64,000 nucleotides of DNA from Ruditapes philippinarum. Taxonomy: Eukaryota. The notes beneath the pieces were generated by a model. The model did not search any database and had not been told where the DNA came from. It saw only the letters and a program-made list of their open reading frames with translations. Of the stretch, positions 1-13,599 are shown one piece after another. The stretch is taken from contig NW_026861002.1 of assembly GCF_026571515.1 (NCBI RefSeq), positions 1-64,000 on the forward strand. The letters run 5' to 3'. Numbering within the stretch: position 1 is the first letter of the stretch; every line of letters begins with the position of its first letter. The position numbers and the translations under genes were made by a program.

Positions 1-3000
1 TTATTTCTTTCTTGTTAAACACAATAAATGTATTATTAAACGTTGTACGATTATTGTTTTCATAACTGTTTAAATAAATCTTTTTGATATACAAAGTCAG
101 TCCACAAAATCAGACATCAAATTACACATGGACTTTCGTAGTTTATTTATAGTAGGTGTTAAATTCGACATTTCGATTGAAGATTGTTAAATGTATGTTA
201 ATGTAATGTATGTATGTATGTAATTCTAAGGCCTAATGAGGGTCCATCCGCCCTTTGAGGCACTTTGAGAGTACGGACCCTGGACACTGTCACCATTCAT
301 GTCCTTAATGGGTTTACTATCAACCAAAGGTGACCTATAAAATTTGAATTCAGTAATTCACTGAATGAACTTAAATATGTTATTGCAAGTCGATTTTATT
401 GATGATTACAATTTTGATTTGCACGGGGAGGCCAATGAGACCATTATAATTGCGTCATGGCAAAAATGAATGATGACGCTTGAAACTGAACCGAATGAGA
501 TTATGCAACTCGGACTTGATTACCTGACAACATATTTTTTCGTATGCACGACCGACATGCACGAGGCATATTTTTCAAGGTTTTTACAAGCTAATTGGGT
601 TTTTTCAGTTTTTGTATAATAATAATAATTATTAATGAGAATATCCCCAAAACTGGTGAATATTTAATACATAAAAACACATAGCTAGTTTCAGGAAATG
701 ATATAGAACAGATCTTTTTTATACTTTTTTTGCCTTTTTATTGAGGGTAGCTTTTAGTAAAAGGGTCGGTCTTCGACTCCAAATTGTTCTTAGTGAAAGT
801 TTGTTGGACCTAACAAATAACTATTTTTAACCGAAAGGCTAAAAGGTTATTTGGCTGTTCTTAAATGCCATGTTTTTTTCCCAAATGGGCATATTTTGAT
901 AACAGTTCGTCTCTTTCTTACTGAATTTTTGTGAGCCTTTCTTTATTATAAATTGTAAACTGAATCAAATAATATTCGTTCGCAAAAAGTCTTAACGGAC
1001 TAAAAACAGGAACAGAAAGAAACTAACGCGACTTCCAATAATATTACACCACATTGTAAAACAAAGAATAAAGCTATGTTGAAATGATCATTTTTCAAGA
1101 ATACCCAAAGTGAATATTTCTGTCCTGTTTTTGATACGTGTTTGATAAAATTCATCGAACGTCATTAGAAGGCCAACGTTTTTATTCACGTTAATGAATA
1201 ACAAATTTCCACGTTTATTGAAAACAGACAGATATCAGAAATACTAACAGAGATATACCAAAACAAAAAAAAAAACTATTTTCACATTAATGGTAACACG
1301 GGGGATCTAGCATTCTCATTATTCAAAAACATTTATAAAATTATTGTTTCCCCCTTTTCTTAAGCAAATAAAAAGGGTTATTTCGTATTTTTTAAAGCAC
1401 AATGTGCTTTTACTAATCTTTAGCAATATGTTTGCGATAGGTTGAATATGTAGTTATAATTCCACTGCAGGAATTTCAGGTATTATAACTGTGAGGGAAG
1501 CCTGTTTGTAAAGCCAATTTATGACCCCCGGGTCCGGTTTGGTTTGTCCCTTTGTCAAATTGGCTAACAGCCTGTTCCCCGAACCAAAACCGTCTTCGCC
1601 TGTAAATTCTGCTAATAACGAAATATTAACTGCTTCTATAGTTCCAATAGAAGCATGAATCATCATTGTTGACATCACGTGACGTTGATGTCGATATGCG
1701 TTGCTTAAATAGTCAATGAGTATCTTGTTTAATAATTTCTAGAGGCTCTTCACAAATACCTGGGAGATTTCGTTCACATAAACATCGCATTAAAATAGGC
1801 CATTAATTCTACATAAGGCCAAAGATAGTTTATTAGAATATACTAGCCGAGAAAACTCGTGATGCAATATGAAATTTAAATATGATTAATGTCAGTGAGT
1901 GTTAAGTATTATTAAGTATTTTGTATAGTGACATATCACTTTTTTATCATTATTTAATTAAATTGTAGCAGGAACGTTCATAGTTTCATAACACACGTTG
2001 TTGGCTTTCAAGGAAAACTTGAGCATTTTAAAGGGTTTTATAAATTTCCAATCCTGTCCCTGTAAAAAACCCAAAATTTTGAGGAAAATTTTTTTTATAG
2101 TAAATCTGCACTTGCCTTTTAAAAAAAACAACGTTTAATTGTAATATATTTAATAAATATATTTTTTTGTTAAATAACACGTTTAGTTTGTCCTGTGTCA
2201 AGAGTTTTTTTTTTCTCCATTACATTGGCCGCGCTATGCAAACATTTTTATTTTAACAATATTAACTAGTTGCCTACATGACCCAATACAGTTCTCATCG
2301 ATATTTCCTAGTTATAAACAGGAGAATGCACTTTAAAAAAAATCTTTGATCAATTGATTGGCGACACAAAACTAGGACAATGATTATTTTCTTATTTATT
2401 TTTAAAACGCAAGAGTTGCTTAATAAATTCATGAGCGCTGCCCAATAACAACAACTGTGTTTTTTGGGCGTAAAACGGAAGTTTGTCTAAATTTGGCAAT
2501 CAAATCTCCCAAAAAACGTAATTGTGTCCCCCGTGCTTTCCTGAAAAAATTGGGGAAACAGTCCTATATTTTGTAGGACGGATCTTTTCGAGAATGGGGA
2601 AATTTGCAAAATAAAAAAAGAAAAACAACCACAACAAAAAACAAGGAACAATCGATATTCATCGTGAATAAATTTTGAAGGGATTAAAGAATAACGGTTT
2701 TATACAAGTAATTGGCTTAAGTTCACAAGCGTCTTATTGTTCAGCGATTTTTGTTTAATAAGTTTTTTCCTATTTTCTTTAATGCAATGCATTTGAATCG
2801 TTTGCAGCTTTTTGATTACTTTGAGATAATCGCTCATACACTGACAGGGTATCATGACACCCCATTGTATCAAATATTGTGCAATCAAAATGTTCTAGAG
2901 CAAATATCTTGGTAATATGATAGAAGGAATGATTTGATATTAATAAAAAATACAATAGAAATCAACATAACACATTTCTATAATGTATCAGAATTTCAAT

Positions 3001-3064
3001 ATTTGTGAATATATAAATGTTCCTTAATGTTTATGCATAACAAACAACTCGTCAAGTTAAACTA

Positions 3065-3300
3065 CCCTTAAATGATATTCAGACATATAAAAGTGACACC
3101 AGTACATATCTTTACCAGCTCGCACATCCGATCATTAATTGATGGTAATTCATAGATATTGCAATCCCTGTATGTTCATATGGATTCTGCTCCTAATTCA
3201 AAATATTGGTAAACCCAAACACTTATTCAGCATACTGTAATGCTATTGCTAACATCGGCAAATATCGTAATAAATCGGTCATTTCCGGAACGTTTTTATT
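3065..3300 (-). pseudogene. CUB-like domain remnant
   Basis: One frame reads RFITIFADVSNSITVC*ISVWVYQYFELGAESI*TYRDCNIYELPSINDRMCELVKICTGVTFICL, resembling the CUB pattern I.A..G..I.L.F..FELE....C.YD.L...K.CG. Confidence 0.6.
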
Positions 3301-4266
3301 TCTATCACAATGTTCACAATCTTCGGTATTAAATACTTTTTAACTGTTTATAACTGAAATTAATACAATGTTTGGAGTTAAGAATTTAGAAGTTCCGGAA
3401 TTAGGAAGTATGAATAAAAAAGCCACAGAAGGAGAAATTTCAGGACTCTGAAAATTGTTCGGATTTCAGAAGTTTCCGTATTTCAGACGTTTCGGAATTC
3501 AGAAGTTACAGAGGTTACTGTATTCAGAAGTTACTGTATAGAGAAAACGAAATGTTGGAATTCACAAACTGTAAAACAGTTCATCATTTTTTTTATTTTC
3601 GTCTTCCGTGATAGAAATGATAACAGGCCAAAAAACATAATTACACGATATTTGTGAACCTATTCTGTTTTTCTTGTGTATAACAAAGCGCGCGCTATTC
3701 TTTTAATTATTCAACAATTCACCTATCAATTCTTCCATCTCATTTACTAAAATTATAACAATCTTTTCACACAAATACACTGTATTTAAAATACAAAAAA
3801 TAGAGTAATCTTTTTTTGTTGTTTATTTCCTCAATTTTGTTTAACAATGTTAATGAAGAATGATTGGCATATTATTATTTTTAATGTAGACAGGTAATGA
3901 TATGGCCTTACTATCACGTTTCTTTGCTATATTACAAAACGTACATTACAACCATTTATACTGTCAAAACTTGTCAATTATCCATATAACTAAATATAAT
4001 ACAGTTTGGAACAGTATTTCAGATCAATGGTCAATAATTATACATGTAGTATAAATTACTATATTGGTCAATGTTCTCGTTATATTGTATAAAAGATGTC
4101 TTGGACGAAGAATGGACTGAAATAGAAAGTATTCAATTAATTAGAAAAATAAGTTCAACAAAAGGCCCGGCGCACTACCTTGCACGGGCAGGTCGAAAGA
4201 AAATGATGGTATTTAGTTTCTCTAAATTGTGTCAACATAACATTTAAAAATACAAGAATAATAGAT

Positions 4267-4551
4267 TTTTTGTTTGTTTTAGGTTTTACGTCACATCGAC
4301 ACAGTATATGTCATATCGCGACGTTCCAGCTTTACTGGTGGAGGAAGACCTCAGGTGCCCTTCCGTGCATTATTTCAGGCACGAACGGGCTCCTGAGTAG
4401 AACCACCGACGTTCCGTAAGCTAGCTGGATAGCTTCCTCACATGAAAGAATCCAAAGTCCCTGTCGGGATTCGAACCCACAGCGTAGAGGGGCAAGTGGT
4501 TTGAAGTCAACGACCTTAACCACTCGGCCACGGACGCCCCCCCCCCCCGGC
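4267..4551 (-). mobile_element. Full-length tRNA-derived SINE (V-domain, RUDI/BivaV-like)
   Basis: Box A TGGCCGAGTGG, box B GGTTCGAATCC, central GGTGGTTCTACTCAGG...GGTCTTCCTCCACCA, (AAAC)n tail, 9-bp TSD ATAATAGAT (4258-4266 / 4552-4560). Confidence 0.9.
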
Positions 4552-5359
4552 ATAATAGATATATTGAGCACACCATGCTGGAATATCTTACACTTATTAT
4601 GCAATCTTAACATGCTAAACATGCGAAATTTCGGCAGAAATAAGATAATAAAATAACGAAAACACATTCTATCTGGATTTGCGTTTGTTTAGTGCATGTT
4701 ATTATCTTAATTGCACGTTAGGGGATAATAAGGTTATCAGTAAACATGAACGACAGCAATTTGTTTTGCTGGGTAAACAAGATATACAAGAAATTTACGT
4801 TCATGTCCTTGATCTACTCTTTAGGTACATTGAAAATCAATAGTGCAGTTTTTTCACAAATTAAAAAGAGAATTTTGCCCGATACGTTATAACTGTTACT
4901 GCGAAACACACATACACACACGCGCGCAGCCATGCACATGCATACGGTCATATTTTCATATATTTGCATACATACATACGACTTGCAAACTCAATTTAGT
5001 GCTCTTTTGCCTTTGGAAATCTCACTTTTTCTGAATAATACTGAATAATATTTTTAGAAGAAAAATTTGTTCTTTTGCGCAAAAAAATGAGATTTTCAAG
5101 GGCAAATATTGCGAAAGTTACGGACTTAAGAAAAGGTGAACAAAAGTAATTCACAGTATCAAATCTTAACGCCTTTACTTCCGGTTAGTGAAAACAAACT
5201 GGAGAATGCGTGCTTTATAGATATGTTAGATATATTCGTATCTCTAAAGAATGATCTGTAATTCATGGCAAAAAGTAAAATGTTGCAAGCTCGGTTCGAT
5301 TTATCATTTCATGGACAGATATGAAATTGATACAAACTACAGTCCATCTCCTTAAGAAG

Positions 5360-6045
5360 AGTTTGACAATATATTATAGACATGGTGGTAGATTTGTTTG
5401 TACAGTTTTATGATAAAAATTCACTGTAGCACACTTTCATTCCATTTCAAGTATTTGGCAAAATATTCAAAGGGTAATCAAGTAATGCTTAATCTACCTG
5501 AAGATAATTATTTCCTGGTAAGATAAAATCATTTCTTTCTTTATATTCAATGATATTTTATCAACATGTTATAGCTCTATTCCCATTGTCATAAAAATTT
5601 TGTTTCCTGGTTTGACAGTATTATTGCATGTCCTTCACTAATGACATTTTTTGTCCTTTGTTGTCACTATTGGATAATTGTTTTAATATTATAAATTCAG
5701 TAATCACAATAGTGTAATTACATAGATTTGTTTTTAGACGTAATGGTTGAGACGTGTTTCATACTTTTCAGTGTTGCTATGCATGTGTGTATTATAGCTT
5801 GTTCACTGTCGCTTTTCGGTTACTCTTACATATTACGAAATCCCTGAATAGTAACTTATTATTTCTATAGGATAATGTATTAATAATCTGCTTGCACCAA
5901 ACCAGAGGCGACCCTGGTTCATATCCTATGTAGGCAACGATACACATGTGGCATTGCCATTGAATTATGTTATATAAGAGATGTTTAAATAATATAATAA
6001 GAAATGCCGATGCCATGGGGCGCGAAAGGTAGCTTGCAATTATCA
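5360..6045 (-). pseudogene. CUB-like domain remnants
   Basis: ORF 5792-6055 contains WQCHMCIVAYIGYE (C.W.I.A..GY-like). YQEIII motif near 5500-5522. The 5495-5670 segment is homologous to 12785-12960. Confidence 0.45.
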
Positions 6046-6930
6046 CTACCGTCAATGAACAGGCTCAATCAACCGATCCTGCAACAATTTTAATTTTGCC
6101 GTGTTGGCTTAATTTTAGGGATTCTGTTTTTCTCTATTGTGGATCAGAGTGGCTGTATTTTGTCAGGAACCAATTCTGAATTAATAAAAATAGCTCACAA
6201 TTTGTAGAGTAATTTATACATAAGACAATAACAAATTACTTCGACATATAAAAGAATGAAAAAGGATTTTTGATAAATTTAGACCAGACAATCTTGATAA
6301 AAATATTGAGGGCTTGATACATGCAGTATTTATTTTGCATATAATGAATATGACTTTAAATTTATATATCAAACTATTTCATAAACAATATAAGGATTAA
6401 ATTGAAATACAAAAAGTAAATTGAGCCTGTATTTACTTTTCAATGGATCATCAAATGCCGATAATAGCACCATATTGATTTAAATTCCCTTATCGTAATG
6501 AAATCTTTGTTTCGCTCTTGCAAATTAATCAATTTAACGCTTTTCATTATTCTCTGATTTTGGCATTAACTTGTCACGTATAATTTAGCCAGCCATCTAC
6601 TTCTTGTAAGTAACCTAGAGAAAACTGTAAGAACATAAACATGCTCAGTTCTATATAAGTTTCTAAGTTTCTAAGTTTTATTGATACACTCAGCATATTT
6701 ACATATGATAAGAGGTGTACAATAATATATAAACAAAATTAATAAATGTGTAATCAGGTTGTGTATACAAATTAAATGAACTACTGTAGTTTTAAAAAGG
6801 TATTTATAACTACAATATTTCATAACATACAATGTAACTATGTCATTGTGTACATGCTATATTTTGCAAAATAGAAAAATATTTATAGAAAGTTAAAAAA
6901 AACAAAAAAAAAAAACAAAAAACAATGTGA

Positions 6931-9900
6931 CTAGCCAGGTGGGTTCTTAAAGTATTCAAGTATAACATAAACATATTTAACTAAGTTGCTTAATTTTTGT
7001 GGATCTGTTTCACTCATTAATTTTCTAAACGTAAACATATTTTTGTTTTGTTGATTAATTTGTGGTAAAAGTCGTTTTCGTTTATTTTCAAAATAACTAC
7101 ATGAAAAAATGTAATGGAATTCATCACCTATATCATTTGAGTTACAAAGACTACATTTTCTTTCATTTCTAACAATACCTAACCACCTTCCTCTTTCTAT
7201 AGGGAGGAGATTGTTACACAATCGAAAATTAACAAATGTTTTTAAATATTTGTCTGACAGTAAACAAAGGTACGGTTCAAAGCAATGATCAGTTTTGTAC
7301 ATTCTATAATTTAAACATTTTGGCATTGAGTCGACATCACTACGCCATTTTTGTACATATTGGTTACACATTGATATATCAATGGTTTTTAACAATAAGC
7401 ATTTAGAACCACTAAACTTCTGATTTAACCAAATATAACTCATACCTGTTTCGTCAAAAATACTCTTAACATTCAATAACCATTTGTACTCCTTACCATT
7501 TCTTATAAAATCTTCATATACAAGCTTATAAATATTTGACGATAATTTTTGTAGTGAATTACTGGTAACTAAATCATACCAATAACCAGCAATTCGTTTC
7601 TTTATAATAATTGATAATGGAAATCGCCCAAGTTCGCCATAAACCATAACATGCGGTGTACTTTTCTTAACACGTCATACATATTTAAGGAAATCTGTAT
7701 GCACTTTTTCTATAAGCGACAAGTCACCATAACCCCACACTTCACACCCATAAGTTAAAAATTGGTACAATTGTATGATCGAATAACTTTAACTGACAAT
7801 CAATAGGTAAATCTAGATTTCTTATTTTCTTATATAAACCAAACATTGCCCGTCTTGCTTGATCAACAATATGTTCTTTGCAACCGCAAATTGTCTGTTC
7901 TTAGAAAAAACTACACCAAGATATTTAAACGTGTCTACGATCTCTAAAACTTGATTATCTACCGTAATATTCCTGTTTCTATGTCTTTTATCACCAAATA
8001 CCATTACTTTTGTTTTATCAAAGTTTATATTTAATTTCCAGATATGACAATAGTTAGAAAAGGTGTTCAACACAGATAAAAGATCTTGTTCTGTTTTAGC
8101 AAAAAGAATGGTATCGTCAGCATATAACAAAACAACAAGTTTCAAAAATATTTCAATGTTATTATCTTCAAGTATAACTGAAACATCGTTATTACATAAC
8201 ATGTAATTTTCTAAGTCATTTAGGTACAGAGAAAAAATTACCGGTGACAAATTTTCTCCGTGTCTTAAGCCCCTATGACAACCAAAAAAATTTGAAAATT
8301 TGCCATCTACAGATACACATGACTTGATTTCACTGTACATATTCTTTATTACATTTAAAAAATTTCCAGAAATATTGTATTTGACAAGTTTACACCAAAC
8401 GCCTGCTCTCCATACAGAGTCAAAGGCTTTTTGAAAGTCAATAAAAGCACAAAAAAAGTTTTGTTTTCTTATGTTAACATGTGGAGAATAAAAATATTAT
8501 CAACAGTTGAATGATGCTTCCTAAATCCAGCTTGGTTTGAATTTAATAAATTATAACTTTCTAAATATTTTGTCAATCTTTCATTAAGTATACTTGTAAA
8601 TAATTTCCCTATACAACTAAGCAATGTAATAGGTCTATAGTTTTCAGGCATTTCAATACTACCTTTATTTTTATAGATTGGTACAATACATCATGTCAAC
8701 CAAGAATCTGGCAAAAAACCAGTGTTAAGAATACAGTTAAACAATTTGTGATAAAGTGGTATAAGTAAAGTACTGCTTCCCTTAATATATTCGTTAGTAA
8801 CTTGATCCAGACCAGCCGCCTTGCCATTTCTTAAGTTTATCTATTGCTCTTTGTATCTCAGAGATTGTTATGCTATCATTAAGCCCATTATCAAAAATTA
8901 ACATTTGGAAAGTCTGTTTCTGGGTTGTCATTTGCATCTACTGTATCTGTATTAAGCTGTCTATAAAAATCATAAAATGCTGAAACATCAACATCAGTCA
9001 TTTGTTTTTTCTTACTTATACTATTAACATAATTCCAATATTCTTTAGGCGATGAGTTTTTCATGTTTCGTATTTTCTTTCTCTGCTCCCTTTTAAAATT
9101 AACAATACTTTTTCTCATAATATACTTATAATTTTTACTAGAATTATATAAATCAGACATGTTACGTTCATTTTTTGTCCATTGGTATTTTCGCTTACAT
9201 CTATGATATAACGTTCTAGCATTTCTGCAATCATTATCAAACCAAGGCTGCCTACAGCCATCTGAAATATTTGTTTTCATTTTTTGTATACCAAATGTTT
9301 TCTTTGCAGATACAAGGAATGCATTTTCAATGTTTCGAAAAATAGAGTTAATAAAATCTTTATCAATTTCTTCGCAGCTTTCGATTTCTCTTAACATATC
9401 ATCAACTTTATTACTGTTAATATTGTCAAGAAATACATTTGCTTTGGATTGAGTCCAACCTTTAATTTTCTCATTGGAAGAATAAGTCTGCCTTAAATTA
9501 TTTTCAACAATATGTGATAAATTGAAATTGATTGGACAGTGCACATCAGAGTATAATGCGTTAAATTCGTCTATAGTAAAACCGTTAAATAGTTTTAGTG
9601 CGTTGCTGAAGCTATTACATAATCAACAATTGAAGAGTTTTTTTAAAAGTAAAACTACCTACATTTTTATCTGTAAACGACCTTCCGTTTAAAATCACTG
9701 TTTCATTCGATTTACAAAAAATCTACAAGATCTCTTCCTAAACGATTAGCAACTTTATCCATTGAAACACGTGCTACAGAAAAATCATTTTTTCTCAACT
9801 CGTTTAAAATATCTACATCAAATATACTGTTATATTCAATATCTATAATATCAAAAAGTTTTTTCATCAACTTGCAATATATCATCAACATTACCAGTTC

Positions 9901-10376
9901 TAGCATTGAAGTCACCAAATGTAACTATATGTTTATAATTGGTACAGAAATTTTCATACTCTGTGTAAAACAAGTCATATATATTTTTGTTGAAATATTT
10001 AGTATTTTCTGGTGGGATGTAAACAGAGCCAAAAATAACATCTTCGTCTGTTTCAAACAAACATTTTGATAATTTAAACCACTGAACATATTCACATTCA
10101 GTATCAATCTGGGTAAAGTATTTCTCAAGAAGTTTTTAACAAAAAATCGCAATGCCTCCAGACTTCCTAGCAACTCTTTGTTTCCGATTTTTATAAATAC
10201 AATAGTAATTTTCAAAATTTATGACATCAAAGATCATCAAGATGTGTTTCACAGCATGAAATTATATCAAAAGATGAAAGATAAGATTGAAATTCTGGTA
10301 TAGTGCTTTTTGAGCATAACCCACAAACATTTAAACTACAAAATGAAATAGATTTTGAATTGCCACCATGGCAAGC
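6931..10376 (-). pseudogene. LINE ORF2 (APE + reverse transcriptase + CCHC), fragmented by frameshifts
   Basis: ORF-track pieces 6931-7647, 7822-8340, 8469-8651, 8891-9544, 9712-10060 are collinear parts of one pol. Confidence 0.92.
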
Positions 10377-10790
10377 CTATGCTGACACCTGTGAATGTGG
10401 TCCGTCGGTGTTTGGTTGATTTCCTTGGCCTTTGTTTTTAATATGGTAGGCATCAGCTTTGACTTCCTCTCCTTCAACGTATAACTTGTCCTTGACCAAT
10501 ACCGCCTTTTTCTTTTCCCTCCTTGCTTGTCGTAGTATCGGGTACAATGGGCGACGTTTATCCTCAATCTCCTCCGGGAATTGTTCATGTATACCAAAGT
10601 TTGTGCCCTTAAGAAATCGTCCCGATTTACGAACTCTCTCCCTGTCCTTAAAGAAACTAAACTTAGCAATGATGGGTCGGGGGATTGGTTTACCTCCCTT
10701 GTCAAATCTGACATATTTGCTAGAGTGTGGTCTAGAACGATGAACACGTTCAATATAAGAAATCCATATTTCTTATTATTATCTATGTTA
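10377..10790 (-). pseudogene. LINE ORF1 C-terminal half (L1-type RRM/CTD)
   Basis: A frame absent from the ORF track reads IERVHR..PRPIIAKFSFFKDRERVRKSGRFLKGTNFGIHEQFPEEIEDKRRPLYPILRQARREKKKAVLVKDKLYVEG, ending at TAG 10379-10377. Confidence 0.88.
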
Positions 10791-10835
10791 TTAAGTGCTA
10801 AATATTCCATGACCTTTGTTTCCCCCCCTCTGCAC

Positions 10836-11560
10836 GAACTGAACTGGTAAGTTGATATATTTGTCTGGCCAGAAATAATTATTATTGATGCCGATGTTTG
10901 CTGCAACGACCTCAAAGTTAAACAAGTATATGATCTATTTTCATATGTGCAATGTTTTATAACTGGTTGTGTTCTTGTCGTTTATGACCCGCACATTTAT
11001 GAAATATTTGTTATATTTTCTGATTAGTAGTTTCAGTTTCTGAATATGATTGTTAAACATGAAGATTACACCGTGCATTAAATGGTGACCTGATCAAGTC
11101 TTTTTTGCATATTGTCATAGATGTGCCATTTTCTATTGGTGTTGACAGCTTTTAGGTTTGTCTCATATATTGACCGTCTTTAATGAATCTGTTCTTAATT
11201 TAAGTATGTTACTACAATTTAATACTGCTTTTGTTAACACTGACTCATTCCGGCAGAATTCAGCAATTCTAAAAAATTTAGCATGGTAGCTGGTTTTTCA
11301 TTTTGCAAATTTGTTGGATATATATCTGTTTTCTAAGAGAGACATACAAAGAGCAAATCAATGCATAGAGGGTATTCATTTTTGTTCGAGTGGTATGAAA
11401 TATGATATTTTCATGCCATATGATGAAAATAAATCTCCTGTTTATAGAAAACAATTGAATTTTCTGTTCATTATATATCTTTTGACCTTACAAAAGACTT
11501 CTCCTTTAATTGTGTTAATTGGCTGATTGTAGAAGAAAGTAGTCCGGCAAGATACTAGTG
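10836..11560 (-). pseudogene. CUB-like domain remnants, directly right of the LINE
   Basis: TLRSLQQTSASIIIISGQTNIST (10850-10920) aligns to TLRPLQTSATRAISFSQTNILT (15305-15372) with synonymous changes act/aca, ttg/ctg, tcg/tcc, ata/att. Confidence 0.55.
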
Positions 11561-13599
11561 AAAATACGGAAAATATGTTTCACTACATTTCATATATAGA
11601 TATATAATAGATATTGATATTTATCTTCGATGTCGATACTGTTACAAATACTACATTTTCGTTCTCATTTTGTCTTTCTGTTTCTATAAATAAATTATGA
11701 CAATCAAAAGATTGATTTCTTATTCAGAAAATTTAATTCATTTTCGGTTATAGCACTCAAATAATATTTTGCAATGATCTACAGGTACATGTTTGTTGTT
11801 CCTGTATTCTTGTACATTTTGTTTTTAACCTCTATTTCCACATTCATCTAAACTATCCTTCATAAATGTCAAGATACTCGTATAATGTATGTTGAATTTA
11901 ATTTCAGATAAACCGATGATCATAATTCATTTGGCCATCAACATGTCTGGGACGGACAATCTTCGATGAACAATAAAACAATCATAATAAATATCTAAAA
12001 AAATATGTCTTGTTAATATACTCTTTTTAAAGGTTTACATAATATTCCTTAGACATAACTTTTTTCTCCTTAGACTTGACGGACACGTTGATATAATAGT
12101 CTGCACTGAAATGATTGCTCTATTTGTGGATGTTTAGAATTGCAACAAGATTGAAGACTATCTCATTTTTGCAGCTATGTAGATCTTTAGAGCCTTTAAT
12201 GTTTCTTCTCGTTTGAAGAATTTAATCATATTGCTTAATTAAATGCATGTAAAACATTCTCTTTAATGATATATGATCGGTGTGTTATTACATAAGGAAC
12301 CACAACATTAATCTTCTCACTTTTTATATTTAAGAATCTGACTAGGTTAAAGTTAGACGCTAGTTAGACAAAATTAAAGGATTTAAACAACTTAAAGGAG
12401 GCGACGTATGAGCTGTTTATGACGTTATTTTTTTTCTTATTCGCGTCTACGTTACTACAAAAAAAATGAAAAATGAAAAACATGCCTATAGATATTGACG
12501 TCAGGGTTAACATGACATTAATTTAAATGATTTTACTATTATATTCAATAAAAAATGGAATGTTCAAATTTGATGGGACAAACTTTAAGTCGTTAAGTTA
12601 TGGTACTGCTTTTTGTAGACACGTAAAGTGTTAATCCTGATAGACGCGACATTTCAATAAATAGTACCACCACAGTCAATGAACAAGCACAACCAAGTCG
12701 AGCTTGCAACATTTAGGACTATCTATATTACATTTTATGCTAAACAAAACAATATAAGTGTGATAAGAAGTTAGAATATTAAAACTACCTGATGATAACT
12801 TTTTCCTGGTAGCTTCTTTCTTTCACTTAAGAATGATTGATTCCCTTTCACTCAATGACCCTACCGCAGTATTACTATTTCTGTCATTACAAGAGCTTTA
12901 TTTTCTGGTAAGATAGTATGATTTCGTATCTTGAACTAATGACACTTTGTTATTTGTTGTTTTGTCTCTTTTTATTGCCTAGATATGTTTCAACTCCATA
13001 TACTAACCAAGAAACACATTACAATGTTGGTTTAATAAGGTTAAAGAATCCGGACTGTAGGTTCGTGCATATCATTCCTATATCTCAGATGACTGAATGC
13101 TGGCTTTTTACAAGAATGAAAAGATTTGATATAAGCATGAACTAAGAACTTTGTGCACGTTTTTGAAAAAAAAAAGATTTTCAATTCAATTTTGAGTAAA
13201 CTTTTTCTTTCTCTATTTAAAGTATACTTGTACGAAAGTTAGGATTTATAATTTCATGTTTATAAGCATTTTGACCTCGGTGGAGCTCCTTTATGAGAGA
13301 CCTACCCATTCTGAAAAATTTCTCTTGAAAAATATCACAATGTTTGTGCATGACCGGAATATAGAATCTAGAAAAAACCTTCTAAACCTTGATAACAAAA
13401 AACATTCATTTCTTACTGGAAACATTTATATCCGGTACATTATACAAGACGATCTGTTTTATGTGTAATAAAGATTTTTTCTTTGGCAAACAAGTAAATT
13501 TAAAATAATGCGTTCATGAATTCTTTCACAGTGATTATTTTTTAAATTTTTACTTATTATTCAAATTATGTTGTTATTCCTTTTTTATTCTTATATGTA

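Larger units (their letters stand above)
6656..10835 (-). mobile_element. 5'-truncated, degenerate non-LTR retrotransposon (LINE, probably RTE-X-like)
   Basis: APE endonuclease motifs (SLNVCGL, DIISCCETH, GDFNARTG); RT motifs (PENYRPITLLS, QAGFR, LLYADDT, FKYLGV); C-terminal YGELGRFPL and C..C....GDEFH...C; AATAAA at 6677-6682 followed by an (GAAACTTA)n tail; no clear TSD. Confidence 0.93.

Noticed and set aside
4332-4667. 111-aa ORF
   Set aside because: It is a translation of the SINE
10331-10915. 194-aa ORF as LINE ORF1
   Set aside because: Wrong frame for most of its length; the L1-type ORF1 motifs are in another frame, and its first ~25 residues are host pseudogene sequence
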